Shown here in pieces: positions 24,001 through 37,626 of a stretch of DNA of 64,000 nt (positions are counted from its first letter, which is position 1; each line of letters starts with the position of its first letter). The stretch is from Antedon mediterranea (lineage: Eukaryota > Animalia > Echinodermata), in assembly GCF_964355755.1 (NCBI RefSeq), contig NC_092675.1:12457812-12521811 (forward strand), written 5' to 3'. Under the pieces are notes generated by a model. It was given only the letters and a program-made list of their open reading frames with translations, was not told the DNA's origin and did not search any database. The position numbers and the translations under genes were made by a program.

Positions 24001-26168
24001 TACTGACTAATCAACTACATTTTGACTAGACAATTCACTGATTATTCTACTATGTATTTGCAGTTTAAATTCTCTAAACTGTTACTGACTAATCAACTAC
24101 ATTTTGACTAGACAATTCACTGATTATTCTACTATGTATTTGCAGTTTAAATTCTCTAAACTGTTACTGACTAATCAACTACATTTTGACTAGACAATTG
24201 ACTGATTATTCTACTATGTATTTACAGTTTAAATTCTCTAAACTGTTACTGAATAATCAACTGTCTTTTGACTAAACAATTCACTGATTATTCTACAATT
24301 TACACACAGTTTAAATTCTCTAAACTGTTCCTGAATAATCAACTGTATTTTGACTATACAATTCACTGATTATTCTACTATGTATTTGCAGTTTAAATTC
24401 TCTAAACTGTAACTGAATAATCAACTGTCTTTTGACTAAACAATTCACTGATTATTCTACTATGTATTTGCAGTTTAAATTCTCTAAACTGTTACTGACT
24501 AATCAACTACATTTCGACTAGACAATTCAATGATTATTCTACTATGTATTTGCAGTTTAAATTATCTAAACTGTTACTGACTAATCAACTACTTTTGACT
24601 AGACAATTCACTGATTATTCTACTATGTATTTTCAGTTTAAATTATCTAAACTGTTACTGACTAATCAACTACATTTCGACTAGACAATTCACTGATTAT
24701 TCTAATATGTATTTGCAGTTTAAATTCTCTAAACTGTTACTGTATAATCAACTGTATTTTGACTAGACAATTCATTGATTATTGTACTATTTACACACAG
24801 TTTAAATTATCTAAACTGTTACTGAATAATAAACGGTCTTTTGACTAGACAATTCACTGCTTATTCTATGTATTTGCAGTTTAAATTATCTAAACTGTTA
24901 CTGAATAATCAACTGTCTTTTGACTAAACAATTCACTGCTTATTCTATGTATTTGCAGTTTAAATTATCTAAACTGTTACTGAATAATCAACTGTCTTTT
25001 GACTAAACAATTCACTGATTATTCTACTATGTATTTGCAGTTTAAATTCTCTAAACTGTTACTGAATAATAAACTACATTTCGACTAGACAATTCACTGA
25101 TTATTCTATTATGTATTTGCAGTTTAAATTCTCTAAACTGTTACTGAATAATTAACGGTCTTTTGACTAGACAATTCACTGATTATTCTACTATGTATTT
25201 GCAGTTTAAATTCTCTAAACTGTTACTGACTAATCAACTACATTTTGACTAGACAATTCACTGATTATTCTACTATTTACACAGAGTTTAAATTCTCTAA
25301 ACTGTTCCTGAATAATCAACTGTATTTTGACTAAACAATTCACTGATTATTCTACTATGTATTTGCAGTTTAAATTCTCTAAACTGTTACTGAATAATCA
25401 ACTGTCTTTTGACTAAACAATTCACTGATTATTCTACTATGTATTTGCAGTTTAAATTATCTAAACTGTTACTGACAAATCAACTACATTTCGACTAGAC
25501 AATTCACTGATTATTCTACTATGTATTTGCAGTTTAAATTCTCTAAACTGTTACTGACTAATCAACTACATTTTGACTAGACAATTCACTGATTATTCTA
25601 CTATGTATTTGCTGTTTAAATTCTCTAAACTGTTACCGACTAATCAACTACATTTTGACTAGACAATTCACTGATTATTCTATTACGTATTTGCAGTTTA
25701 AATTCTGTAAACTGTTACTGAATAATCAACTGTCTTTTGACTAAACAATTCACTGATTATTCTACTATTTACACACAGTTTAAATTCTCTAAACTGTTCC
25801 TGAATAATCAACTGTATTTTGACTAAACAATTCACTGATTATTCTACTATGTATTTGCAGTTTAAATTCTCTAAACTGTTACTGAATAATCAACTGTCTT
25901 TTGACTAAACTATTCACTGATTATTCTACTATGTATTTGCAGTTTAAATTCTCTAAACTGTTACTGACTAATCAACTACATTTCGACTAGACAATTCACT
26001 GATTATTCTACTATGTATTTGCAGTTTAAATTATCTAAACTGTTACTGATTAATCAACTACATTTCGACTAGACAATTCACTGATTATTCTACTATGTAT
26101 TTCCAGTTTAAATTATCTAAACTGTTACTGACTAATCAACTACATTTATACTAGACAATTCACTGATT
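18037..26168. repeat. Satellite A (82 bp), right part (~99 monomers)
   Basis: Same monomer, orientation and phase as the left part; ends at ...CACTGATT|CTTCAAATCGC. Confidence 0.97.
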
Positions 26169-27907
26169 CTTCAAATCGCATTTGGAGACGTTTTAGACCA
26201 TGTTGTGATTTTCGAAAAAACTTGTTAACATAAAAACACCAAAGTGCTTAGAATAGCTTCAAATCGCATTTGGAGACGTTTTAGACCATTTTGTGAATTT
26301 CGATGAAACTTGTTTACACAAAAACATCAAAGTGCTTAAAATCACATTATAAACCGTTTTAGACCATTTTGAGCATTTCGATAACACTTTTCACACAAAA
26401 ACATCAAAGAGCACAAAATAGCTTAATATCGAATTTAAAAACCTTTTAGACCATTTTGAGCATTTAGACAAAACTTTTTCACACAAAACACCAAAGTGCT
26501 TAGAATAGCTTCAAATCGCATTTGGAGACGTTTTAGACCATTTTGTGATTTTCGAAAAAACTTGTTAACATAAAAACACCAAAGTGATTAGAATAGCTTC
26601 AAATCGCATTTGGAGACGTTTTAGACCATTTTGTGATTTTCGAAAAAACTTGTTAACATAAAAACACCAAAGTGCTTAGAATAGCTTCAAATCGCATTTG
26701 TAGACGTTTTAGACCATTTTGTGATTTTCGAAAAAACTTGTTAACATAAAAACACCAAAGTTCTTAGAATAGCTTCAAATCGCATTTGGAGACGTTTTAG
26801 ACCATTTTGTTATTTTCGAAAAAACTTGTTAACATAAAGAAACCAAAGTGCTTAGAATAGCGTCAACTCGTATTTGGAGACGTTTTAGACCATTTTGTGA
26901 TTTTCGTAAAAACTTGTTAACATAAAAACACCAAAGTGCTTAGAATAGCTTCAAATCGCATTTGGAGACGTTTTAGACCATTTTGTGATTTTCGAAAAAA
27001 ACTTGTTAACTTAAAAACACCAAAGTGCTTAGAATAGCTTCAAATCACATTTGGAGACGTTTTAGACCATTTTGTGAATTTCGAAAAAAACTTGTTAACA
27101 TAAAAACACAAAAGTGCTTAGAATAGCTTCAAATCGCATTTGGAGACGTTTTAGACCATTTTGTGCATTTCGATGAAACTTGGTTACACAAAAACATCAA
27201 AGTGCTTAAAATCACATTATAAACCGTTTTAGACCATTTTGAGAATTTCGATAACACTGTTCACACAAAAACATCAAAAAGCACAAAATAGCTTAATATC
27301 GTATTTAAAAACGTTTTAGACCATTTTGAGCATTTCGACAAAACTTTTTTACACAAAACACCAAAGTGCTTAGAATAATTTCAAATCGCATTTGGAGACG
27401 TTTTAGACCAATTTGTGCATTTCGATGAAACTTGGTTACACAAAAACATCAAAGTGCTTAAAATCACCTTATAAACCGTTTTAGACCATTTTGAGCATTT
27501 CGATAACACTTTTCACACAAAAACATCAAAGAGCACAAAATAGCTTAATATCGAATTTAAAAACGTTTTAGACCATTATGAGCATTTAGACAAAACTTTT
27601 TCACACAAAACACCAAAGTGCTTAGTATAGCTTCAAATCGCATTCGGAGACGTTTTAGACCATTTTGTGATTTTCGAAAAAACTTGTTAACATAAAAACA
27701 ACAAAGTGCTTAGAATAGCTTCAATTCACATTTGGAGACATTTTAGACCAATTTGTGATTTTCGAAAAAACTTGTCAACATAAAAACACCAAAGTGTTTA
27801 GAATAGCTTCAAATCGCATTTGGAGACGTTTTAAACCAATTTGTGTTTTTCGAAAAAACTTATCAACATAAAAACACCAAAGTGCTTAGAATAGCGTCAA
27901 ATCGTAT
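26169..27907. repeat. Satellite B block 1; 88-bp monomer TCAAATCGCATTTGGAGACGTTTTAGACCATTTTGTGATTTTCGAAAAAACTTGTTAACATAAAAACACCAAAGTGCTTAGAATAGCT plus 78- and 87-bp subtypes
   Basis: TCAAATCGCA at 26171 and 26259 (period 88); ends at ...AATCGTAT|CAACTAC. Confidence 0.95.
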
Positions 27908-28759
27908 CAACTACATTTTGACTAGACAATTCACTGATTATTCTACTATGTATTTGCAGTTTAAATTATCTAAACTGTTACTGAATAATAAACGGTTTTT
28001 TGACTAGACAATTCACTGATTATTCTACTATTTACACACAGTTTAAATTCTCTAAACTGTTCCTGAATAATCAACTGTATTTTGACTAAAAAATTCACTG
28101 ATTATTCTACTATGTATTTGCAGTTTAAATTCTCTAAACTGTTACTGAATAATCAACTGTCTTTTGACTAAACAATTCACTGATTATTCTACTATGTATT
28201 TGCAGTTTAAATTCTCTAAACTGTTACTGACTAATCAACTACATTTCGACTAGACAATTCACTGATTATTCTACTATGTATTTGCAGTTTAAATTCTCTA
28301 AACTGTTACTGACTAATCAACTACATTTTGACTAGACAATTCACTGATTATTCTACTATGTATTTGCAGTTTAAATTCTCTAAACTGTTACCGACTAATC
28401 AACTACATTTTGACTAGACAATTCACTGATTATTCTATTATGTATTTACAGTTTAAATTCTCTAAACTGTTACTGAATAATCAACTGTCTTTTGACTAAA
28501 CAATTCACTGATTATTCTACTATTTACACACAGTTTAAATTCTCTAAACTGTTACTGAATAATCAACTACATTTCGACTAGACAATTCACTGAATATTCT
28601 ACTATGTATTTGCAGTTTAAATTATCTAAACTGTTACTGATTAATCAACTACATTTCGACTAGACAATTCACTGATTATTCTACTATGTATTTCCAGTTT
28701 AAATTATCTAAACTGTTACTGACTAATCAACTACATTTCGACTAGACAATTCACTGATT
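27908..28759. repeat. Satellite A block (852 bp) within the composite zone
   Basis: 82-bp monomers between the recurrent B-to-A and A-to-B junctions. Confidence 0.95.
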
Positions 28760-30663
28760 CTTCAAATCGCATTTGGAAACGTTTTAGACCATGTTGTGAT
28801 TTTCGAAAAAACTTGTTAACATAAAAACACCAAAGTGCTTAGAATAGCTTCAAATCGCATTTGGAGACGTTTTAGACCATTTTGTGAATTTCGATGAAAC
28901 TTGTTTACACAAAAACATCAAAGTGCTTAAAATCACATTATAAACCGTTTTAGACCATTTTGAGCATTTCGATAACACTTTTCACACAAAAACATCAAAG
29001 AGCACAAAATAGCTTAATATCGAATTTAAAAACCTTTTAGACCATTTTGAGCATTTAGACAAAACTTTTTCACACAAAACACCAAAGTGCTTAGAATAGC
29101 TTCAAATCGCATTTGGAGACGTTTTAGACCATTTTGTGATTTTCGAAAAAACTTGTTAACATAAAAACACCAAAGTGATTAGAATAGCTTCAAATCGCAT
29201 TTGGAGACGTTTTAGACCATTTTGTGATTTTCGAAAAAACTTGTTAACATAAAAACACCAAAGTGCTTAGAATAGCTTCAAATCGCATTTGTAGACGTTT
29301 TAGACCATTTTGTGATTTTCGAAAAAACTTGTTAACATAAAAACACCAAAGTTCTTAGAATAGCTTCAAATCGCATTTGGAGACGTTTTAGACCATTTTG
29401 TTATTTTCGAAAAAACTTGTTAACATAAAGAAACCAAAGTGCTTAGAATAGCGTCAACTCGTATTTGGAGACGTTTTAGACCATTTTGTGATTTTCGTAA
29501 AAACTTGTTAACATAAAAACACCAAAGTGCTTAGAATAGCTTCAAATCGCATTTGGAGACGTTTTAGACCATTTTGTGATTTTCGAAAAAAACTTGTTAA
29601 CTTAAAAACACCAAAGTGCTTAGAATAGCTTCAAATCACATTTGGAGACGTTTTAGACCATTTTGTGAATTTCGAAAAAAACTTGTTAACATAAAAACAC
29701 AAAAGTGCTTAGAATAGCTTCAAATCGCATTTGGAGACGTTTTAGACCATTTTGTGCATTTCGATGAAACTTGGTTACACAAAAACATCAAAGTGCTTAA
29801 AATCACATTATAAACCGTTTTAGACCATTTTGAGCATTTCGATAACACTGTTCACACAAAAACATCAAAAAGCACAAAATAGCTTAATATCGTATTTAAA
29901 AACGTTTTAGACCATTTTGAGCATTTCGACAAAACTTTTTTACACAAAACACCAAAGTGCTTAGAATAATTTCAAATCGCATTTGGAGACGTTTTAGACC
30001 AATTTGTGCATTTCGATGAAACTTGGTTACACAAAAACATCAAAGTGCTTAAAATCACCTTATAAACCGTTTTAGACCATTTTGAGCATTTCGATAACAC
30101 TTTTCACACAAAAACATCAAAGAGCACAAAATAGCTTAATATCGTATTTAAAAACGTTTTAGACCATTTTGTGCATTTCGATGAAACTTGGTTACACAAA
30201 AACATCAAAGTGCTTAAAATCACCTTATAAACCGTTTTAGACCATTTTGAGCATTTCGATAACACTTTTCACACAAAAACATCAAAGAGCACAAAATAGC
30301 TTAATATCGAATTTAAAAACGTTTTAGACCATTATGAGCATTTAGACAAAACTTTTTCACACAAAACACCAAAGTGCTTAGTATAGCTTCAAATCGCATT
30401 CGGAGACGTTTTAGACCATTTTGTGATTTTCGAAAAAACTTGTTAACATAAAAACAACAAAGTGCTTAGAATAGCTTCAATTCACATTTGGAGACATTTT
30501 AGACCAATTTGTGATTTTCGAAAAAACTTGTCAACATAAAAACACCAAAGTGTTTAGAATAGCTTCAAATCGCATTTGGAGACGTTTTAAACCAATTTGT
30601 GTTTTTCGAAAAAACTTATCAACATAAAAACACCAAAGTGCTTAGAATAGCGTCAAATCGTAT
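28760..30663. repeat. Satellite B block 2 (copy of block 1 plus a 165-bp, 78+87, internal duplication)
   Basis: Shares private variants with block 1 in the same order (CCATGTTGTG, TTTGTAGACG, CATAAAGAAACC, GCGTCAACTCG); 1904 vs 1739 bp. Confidence 0.93.
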
Positions 30664-31187
30664 CAACTACATTTTGACTAGACAATTCACTGATTATTCT
30701 ACTATGTATTTGCAGTTTAAATTATCTAAACTGTTACTGAATAATAAACGGTTTTTTGACTAGACAATTCACTGATTATTCTACTATTTACACACAGTTT
30801 AAATTCTCTAAACTGTTCCTGAATAATCAACTGTATTTTGACTAAAAAATTCACTGATTATTCTACTATGTATTTGCAGTTTAAATTCTCTAAACTGTTA
30901 CTGAATAATCAACTGTCTTTTGACTAAACAATTCACTGATTATTCTACTATGTATTTGCAGTTTAAATTCTCTAAACTGTTACTGACTAATCAACTACAT
31001 TTCGACTAGACAATTCACTGATTATTCTACTATGTATTTGCAGTTTAAATTCTCTAAACTGTTACTGACTAATCAACTACATTTTGACTAGACAATTCAC
31101 TGATTATTCTACTATGTATTTGCAGTTTAAATTCTCTAAACTGTTACTGACTAATCAACTACATTTCGACTAGACAATTCACTGATT
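30664..31187. repeat. Satellite A block (524 bp, four monomers shorter than the 852-bp blocks)
   Basis: Same start and end junctions; 852-524=328=4x82. Confidence 0.93.
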
Positions 31188-33675
31188 CTTCAAATCGCAT
31201 TTGGAAACGTTTTAGACCATGTTGTGATTTTCGAAAAAACTTGTTAACATAAAAACACCAAAGTGCTTAGAATAGCTTCAAATCGCATTTGGAGACGTTT
31301 TAGACCATTTTGTGCATTTCGATGAAACTTGGTTACAGAAAAACATCAAAGTGCTTAAAATCACATTATAAACCGTTTTAGACCATTTTTAGCATTTCGA
31401 TAACACTTTTCACACAAAAACATCAAAGAGCACAAAATAGCTTAATATCGAATTTAAAAACCTTTTAGACCATTTTGAGCATTTAGACAAAACTTTTTCA
31501 CACAAAACACCAAAGTGCTTAGAATAGCTTCAAATCGCATTTGGAGACGTTTTAGACCATTTTGTGATTTTCGAAAAAACTTGTTAACATAAAAACACCA
31601 AAGTGATTAGAATAGCTTCAAATCGCATTTGGAGACGTTTTAGACCATTTTGTGATTTTCGAAAAAACTTGTTAACATAAAAACACCAAAGTGCTTAGAA
31701 TAGCTTCAAATCGCATTTGTAGACGTTTTAGACCATTTTGTGATTTTCGAAAAAACTTGTTAACATAAAAACACCAAAGTTCTTAGAATAGCTTCAAATC
31801 GCATTTGGAGACGTTTTAGACCATTTTGTTATTTTCGAAAAAACTTGTTAACATAAAGAAACCAAAGTGCTTAGAATAGCGTCAACTCGTATTTGGAGAC
31901 GTTTTAGACCATTTTGTGATTTTCGTAAAAACTTGTTAACATAAAAACACCAAAGTGCTTAGAATGGGTATTGCTAAACACCGCAAACCCCGCAAACCCC
32001 CGCAAACCTCCAAAAAAACATAGCAAACCCCATCGAACCAACATAAAAGTGATTGAATCATGTAGTGTACAACCTACTGGGTATATCAATGTAAAAAAAA
32101 AATTAAATTTCTACTGTTAACAACTTATTTTTGGGGTAAAACATCATTTTTTGGTCAAAAATGATTGCTAAACCCCGCAAACCTCCAAAAAAATATAGCA
32201 AACCCCACCGAACCAACATAAAAGTGATTGAATCATGTAGTGTACAACCCACTGGGTATATCCATGTAAAAAAAATATTAAATTTCTACTGTTAACTATT
32301 TATTTTTGGGGTAAAACATCATTTTTTGGTCAAAAATGATTGCTAATTTTTAACCAAAAAATGATGTTTTCTCCGCAAAAAAGTAGTTAACAGTAGAAAT
32401 TTAATATTTATATACCCAGTGGGTCGTACACTACATTATTCAATCACTTTAATGTTGGTTCGGTGGGGTTTGCTATGGTTTTTTGGAGGTTTTCGGGGTT
32501 TAACAATCATTTTTGACCAAAAAATGATGTTTTACCCCAAAAATAAGTTGTTAACAGTAGAAATTTAATTTTTTTTTTTACATGGATATACCCAGTGGGT
32601 TGTACACTACATGATTCAATCACTTTTATATTGGTTCGGTGGGGTTTGCTATGTTTTTTTGGAGGTTTGCGGGGGTTTGCGGGGTTTGCGGTGTTTAGCA
32701 ATACCCCCAACAATAGCTTCAAATCGCATTTGGAGACGTTTTAGACCATTTTGTGATTTTCGAAAAAAACTTGTTAACTTAAAAACACCAAAGTGCTTAG
32801 AATAGCTTCAAATCACATTTGGAGACGTTTTAGACCATTTTGTGAATTTCGAAAAAAACTTGTTAACATAAAAACACAAAAGTGCTTAGAATAGCTTCAA
32901 ATCGCATTTGGAGACGTTTTAGACCATTTTGTGCATTTCGATGAAACTTGGTTACACAAAAACATCAAAGTGCTTAAAATCACATTATAAACCGTTTTAG
33001 ACCATTTTGAGCATTTCGATAACACTGTTCACACAAAAACATCAAAAAGCACAAAATAGCTTAATATCGTATTTAAAAACGTTTTAGACCATTTTGAGCA
33101 TTTCGACAAAACTTTTTTACACAAAACACCAAAGTGCTTAGAATAATTTCAAATCGCATTTGGAGACGTTTTAGACCAATTTGTGCATTTCGATGAAACT
33201 TGGTTACACAAAAACATCAAAGTGCTTAAAATCACCTTATAAACCGTTTTAGACCATTTTGAGCATTTCGATAACACTTTTCACACAAAAACATCAAAGA
33301 GCACAAAATAGCTTAATATCGAATTTAAAAACGTTTTAGACCATTATGAGCATTTAGACAAAACTTTTTCACACAAAACACCAAAGTGCTTAGTATAGCT
33401 TCAAATCGCATTCGGAGACGTTTTAGACCAATTTGTGATTTTCGAAAAAACTTGTTAACATAAAAACAACAAAGTGCTTAGAATAGCTTCAATTCACATT
33501 TGGAGACATTTTAGACCAATTTGTGATTTTCGAAAAAACTTGTCAACATAAAAACACCAAAGTGTTTAGAATAGCTTCAAATCGCATTTGGAGACGTTTT
33601 AAACCAATTTGTGTTTTTCGAAAAAACTTATCAACATAAAAACACCAAAGTGCTTAGAATAGCGTCAAATCGTAT
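31188..33675. repeat. Satellite B block 3 (copy of block 1 interrupted by a foldback element)
   Basis: Same private variants; 2488 bp = 1739 + 749 inserted bases. Confidence 0.93.
31966..32706. mobile_element. Non-autonomous foldback/MITE-like DNA transposon, 741 bp, almost entirely palindromic; each arm has two ~175-bp tandem units
   Basis: Starts GGGTATTGCTAAACACCGCAAACCCCGCAAACCCCCGCAAACCTCC and ends with its exact reverse complement ...GCGGTGTTTAGCAATACCC. Internal period 175 (GATTGCT at 32163 and 32338). Symmetry centre about 32338-32345. Absent from paralogous sites near 26946 and 29537. No credible coding capacity. Confidence 0.92.
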
Positions 33676-34527
33676 CAACTACATTTTGACTAGACAATTC
33701 ACTGATTATTCTACTATGTATTTGCAGTTTAAATTATCTAAACTGTTACTGAATAATAAACGGTTTTTTGACTAGACAATTCACTGATTATTCTACTATT
33801 TACACACAGTTTAAATTCTCTAAACTGTTCCTGAATAATCAACTGTATTTTGACTAAAAAATTCACTGATTATTCTACTATGTATTTGCAGTTTAAATTC
33901 TCTAAACTGTTACTGAATAATCAACTGTCTTTTGACTAAACAATTCACTGATTATTCTACTATGTATTTGCAGTTTAAATTCTCTAAACTGTTACTGACT
34001 AATCAACTACATTTCGACTAGACAATTCACTGATTATTCTACTATGTATTTGCAGTTTAAATTCTCTAAACTGTTACTGACTAATCAACTACATTTTGAC
34101 TAGACAATTCACTGATTATTCTACTATGTATTTGCAGTTTAAATTCTCTAAACTGTTACCGACTAATCAACTACATTTTGACTAGACAATTCACTGATTA
34201 TTCTATTATGTATTTACAGTTTAAATTCTCTAAACTGTTACTGAATAATCAACTGTCTTTTGACTAAACAATTCACTGATTATTCTACTATTTACACACA
34301 GTTTAAATTCTCTAAACTGTTACTGAATAATCAACTACATTTCGACTAGACAATTCACTGATTATTCTACTATGTATTTGCAGTTTAAATTATCTAAACT
34401 GTTACTGATTAATCAACTACATTTCGACTAGACAATTCACTGATTATTCTACTATGTATTTCCAGTTTAAATTATCTAAACTGTTACTGACTAATCAACT
34501 ACATTTCGACTAGACAATTCACTGATT
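33676..34527. repeat. Satellite A block (852 bp), near-identical to 27908-28759
   Basis: Same length and variants (AACGGTTTTTTG, GTTACCGAC, TTTCCAG). Confidence 0.93.
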
Positions 34528-37500
34528 CTTCAAATCGCATTTGGAGACGTTTTAGACCATGTTGTGATTTTCGAAAAAACTTGTTAACATAAAAACACCA
34601 AAGTGCTTAGAATAGCTTCAAATCGCATTTGGAGACGTTTTAGACCATTTTGTGCATTTCGATGAAACTTGGTTACACAAAAACATCAAAGTGCTTAAAA
34701 TCACATTATAAACCGTTTTAGACCATTTTTAGCATTTCGATAACACTGTTCACACAAAAACATCAAAGAGCACAAAATAGCTTAATATCGTATTTAAAAA
34801 CGTTTTAGACCATTTTGAGCATTTCCACAAAACTTTTTCACACAAAACACCAAAGTGATTAGAATAGCTTCAAATCGCATTTGGAGACGTTTTAGACCAT
34901 TTTGTGATTTTCGAAAAAACTTGTTAACATAAAAACATCAAAGTGTACAGAATAGCTTCAAATCGCATTCGGAGACGTTTTAGACCAATTTGTGATTTTC
35001 GAAAAAACTTGGTTACACAAAAACATCAAAGTGCTTAAAATCACATTATAAACCGTTTTAGACCATTTTGAGCATTTCGATAACACTTTTCACACAAAAA
35101 CATCAAAGGGCACAAAATAGCTTAATATCATATTTAAAAACGTTTTAGACCATTTTGAGATTTTCGAAAAAACTTGGTTACACAAAAACATCAAAGTGCT
35201 TAAAATCACATTATAAACCGTTTTAGACCATTTTGAGCATTTCGATAACACTTTTCACACAAAAACATCAAAGAGCACAAAATAGCTTAATATCGTATTT
35301 AAAAACGGTTTAGACCATTTTGATCATTTAGACAAAACTTTTTCAAACAAAACACCAAAGTGCTTAGAATAGCTTCAAATCGCATTTGGAGACGTTTTAG
35401 ACCATTTTGTGATTTTCGAAAAAACTTGTTAACATAAAAACACCAAAGTTCTTAGAATAGCTTCAAATCGCATTTGGAGACGTTTTAGACCATTTTGTGA
35501 TTTTCGAAAAACTTGTTAACATAAAAACACAAAAGTGCTTAGAATAGCTTCAAATCGCATTTGGAGACATTTTAGACCAATTTGTGATTTTCGAAAAAAC
35601 TTGTCAACATAAAAACACCAAAGTGTTTAGAATAGCTTCAAATCGCATTTGGAGACGTTTTAGACCATTTTGTGATTTTCGAAAAAACTTGGTTACACAA
35701 AAACATCAAAGTGCTTAGAAAAGCTTAAAATCGCATTTGGAGACGTTTTAGACCATTTTGTGCATTTCGATGAAACTTGGTTACACAAAAACATCAAAGT
35801 GCTTAAAATCACATTATAAACCGTTTTAGACCATTTTGAGCATTTCGATAACACTGTTCACACAAAAACATCAAAGAGCACAAAATAGCTTAATATCGTA
35901 TTTAAAAACGTTTTAGACCATTTTGAGCATTTCGACAAAACTTTTTTACACAAAACACCAAAGTGCTTAGAATAATTTCAAATCGCATTTGGAGACGTTT
36001 TAGACCAATTTGTGCATTTCGATGAAACTTGGTTACACAAAAACATCAAAGTGCTTAAAATCACATTATAAACCGTTTTAGACCATTTTGAGCATTTCGA
36101 TAACACTTTTCACACAAAAACATCAAAGAGCACAAAATAGCTTAATATCGAATTTAAAAACTTTTTAGACCATTTTGAGCATTTAGACAAAACTTTTTCA
36201 CACAAAACACCAAAGTGCTTAGAATAGCTTCAAATCGCATTTGGAGACGTTTTAGACCATTTTGTGATTTTCGAAAAAACTTGTTAACATAAAAACACCA
36301 AAGTGATTAGAATAGCTTCAAATCGAATTTGGAGACGTTTTAGACCATTTTGTGATTTTCGAAAAAACTTGTTAACATAAAAACACCAAAGTGCTTTGAA
36401 TAGCTTCAAATCGTATTTGGAGACGTTTTAGACCATTTTGTGATTTTCGAAAAAACTTGTTAACATAAAAACACCAAAGTTCTTAGAATAGCTTCAAATC
36501 GCATTTGGAGACGTTTTAGACCATTTTGTTATTTTCGAAAAAACTTGTTAACATAAAGAAACCAAAGTGCTTAGAATAGCGTCAACTCGTATTTGTAGAC
36601 GTTTTAGACCATTTTGTGATTTTCGTAAAAACTTGTTAACATAAAAACACCAAAGTGCTTAGAATAGCTTCAAATCGCATTTAGAGACGTTTTAGACCAT
36701 TTTGTGATTTTCGAAAAAAACTTGTTAACTTAAAAACACCAAAGTGCTTAGAATAGCTTCAAATCACATTTGGAGACGTTTTAGACCATTTTGTGATTTT
36801 CGAAAAAAACTTGTTAACATAAAAACACAAAAGTGCTTAGAATAGCTTCAAATCGCATTTGGAGACGTTTTAGACCATTTTGTGCATTTCGATGAAACTT
36901 GGTTACACAAAAACATCAAAGTGCTTAAAATCACATTATAAACCGTTTTAGACCATTTTGAGCATTTCGATAACACTGTTCACACAAAAACATCAAAAAG
37001 CACAAAATAGCTTAATATCGTATTTAAAAACGTTTTAGACCATTTTGAGCATTTCGACAAAACTTTTTTACACAAAACACCAAAGTGCTTAAAATAATTT
37101 CAAATCGCATTTGGAGACGTTTTAGACCAATTTGTGCATTTCGATGAAACTTGGTTACACACAAACATCAAAGTGCTTAAAATCACCTTCTAAACCGTTT
37201 TAGACCATTTTGAGCATTTCGATAACACTTTTCACACAAAAACATCAAAGAGCACAAAATAGCTTAATATCGAATTTAAAAACGTTTTAGACCATTTTGA
37301 GCATTTAGACAAACCTTTTTCACACAAAACACCAAAGTGCTTAGTATAGCTTCAAATCGCATTTGGAGACGTTTTAGACCATTTTGTGATTTTCGAAAAA
37401 ACTTGTTAACATAAAAACAACAAAGTGCTTAGAATAGCTTCAATTCGCATTTGGAGACATTTTAGACCAATTTGTGATTTTCGAAAAAACTTGTCAACAT

Positions 37501-37626
37501 AAAAACACCAAAGTGTTTAGAATAGCTTCAAATCGCATTTGGAGACGTTTTAAACCAATTTGTGTTTTTCGAAAAAACTTATCAACATAAAAACACCAAA
37601 GTGCTTAGAATAGCGTCAAATCGTAT
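34528..37626. repeat. Satellite B block 4 (3.1 kb)
   Basis: Same terminal junctions as blocks 1-3; the first ~2.5 kb is repeated 5420 bp downstream. Confidence 0.93.

Noticed and set aside
26100-26300. Common ancestry of satellites A and B (TAGACAATTCACTGATT vs TAGACCATTTTGTGATT; GTATTTGCAG vs GTATTTGGAG; AAACTGTTA vs AAACTTGTTA)
   Set aside because: The similar words are in different cyclic order, the junctions do not use them, and such matches are plausible by chance in AT-rich DNA.
32100-32560. Foldback 175-bp unit as source of satellite B (2x88, shared TGTTAACA)
   Set aside because: No extended alignment visible beyond a short palindrome and A/T tracts.
31904-32805. Three short ORFs over the foldback element
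   Set aside because: Mirror-image products of the palindrome running into satellite sequence; no transposase motifs.
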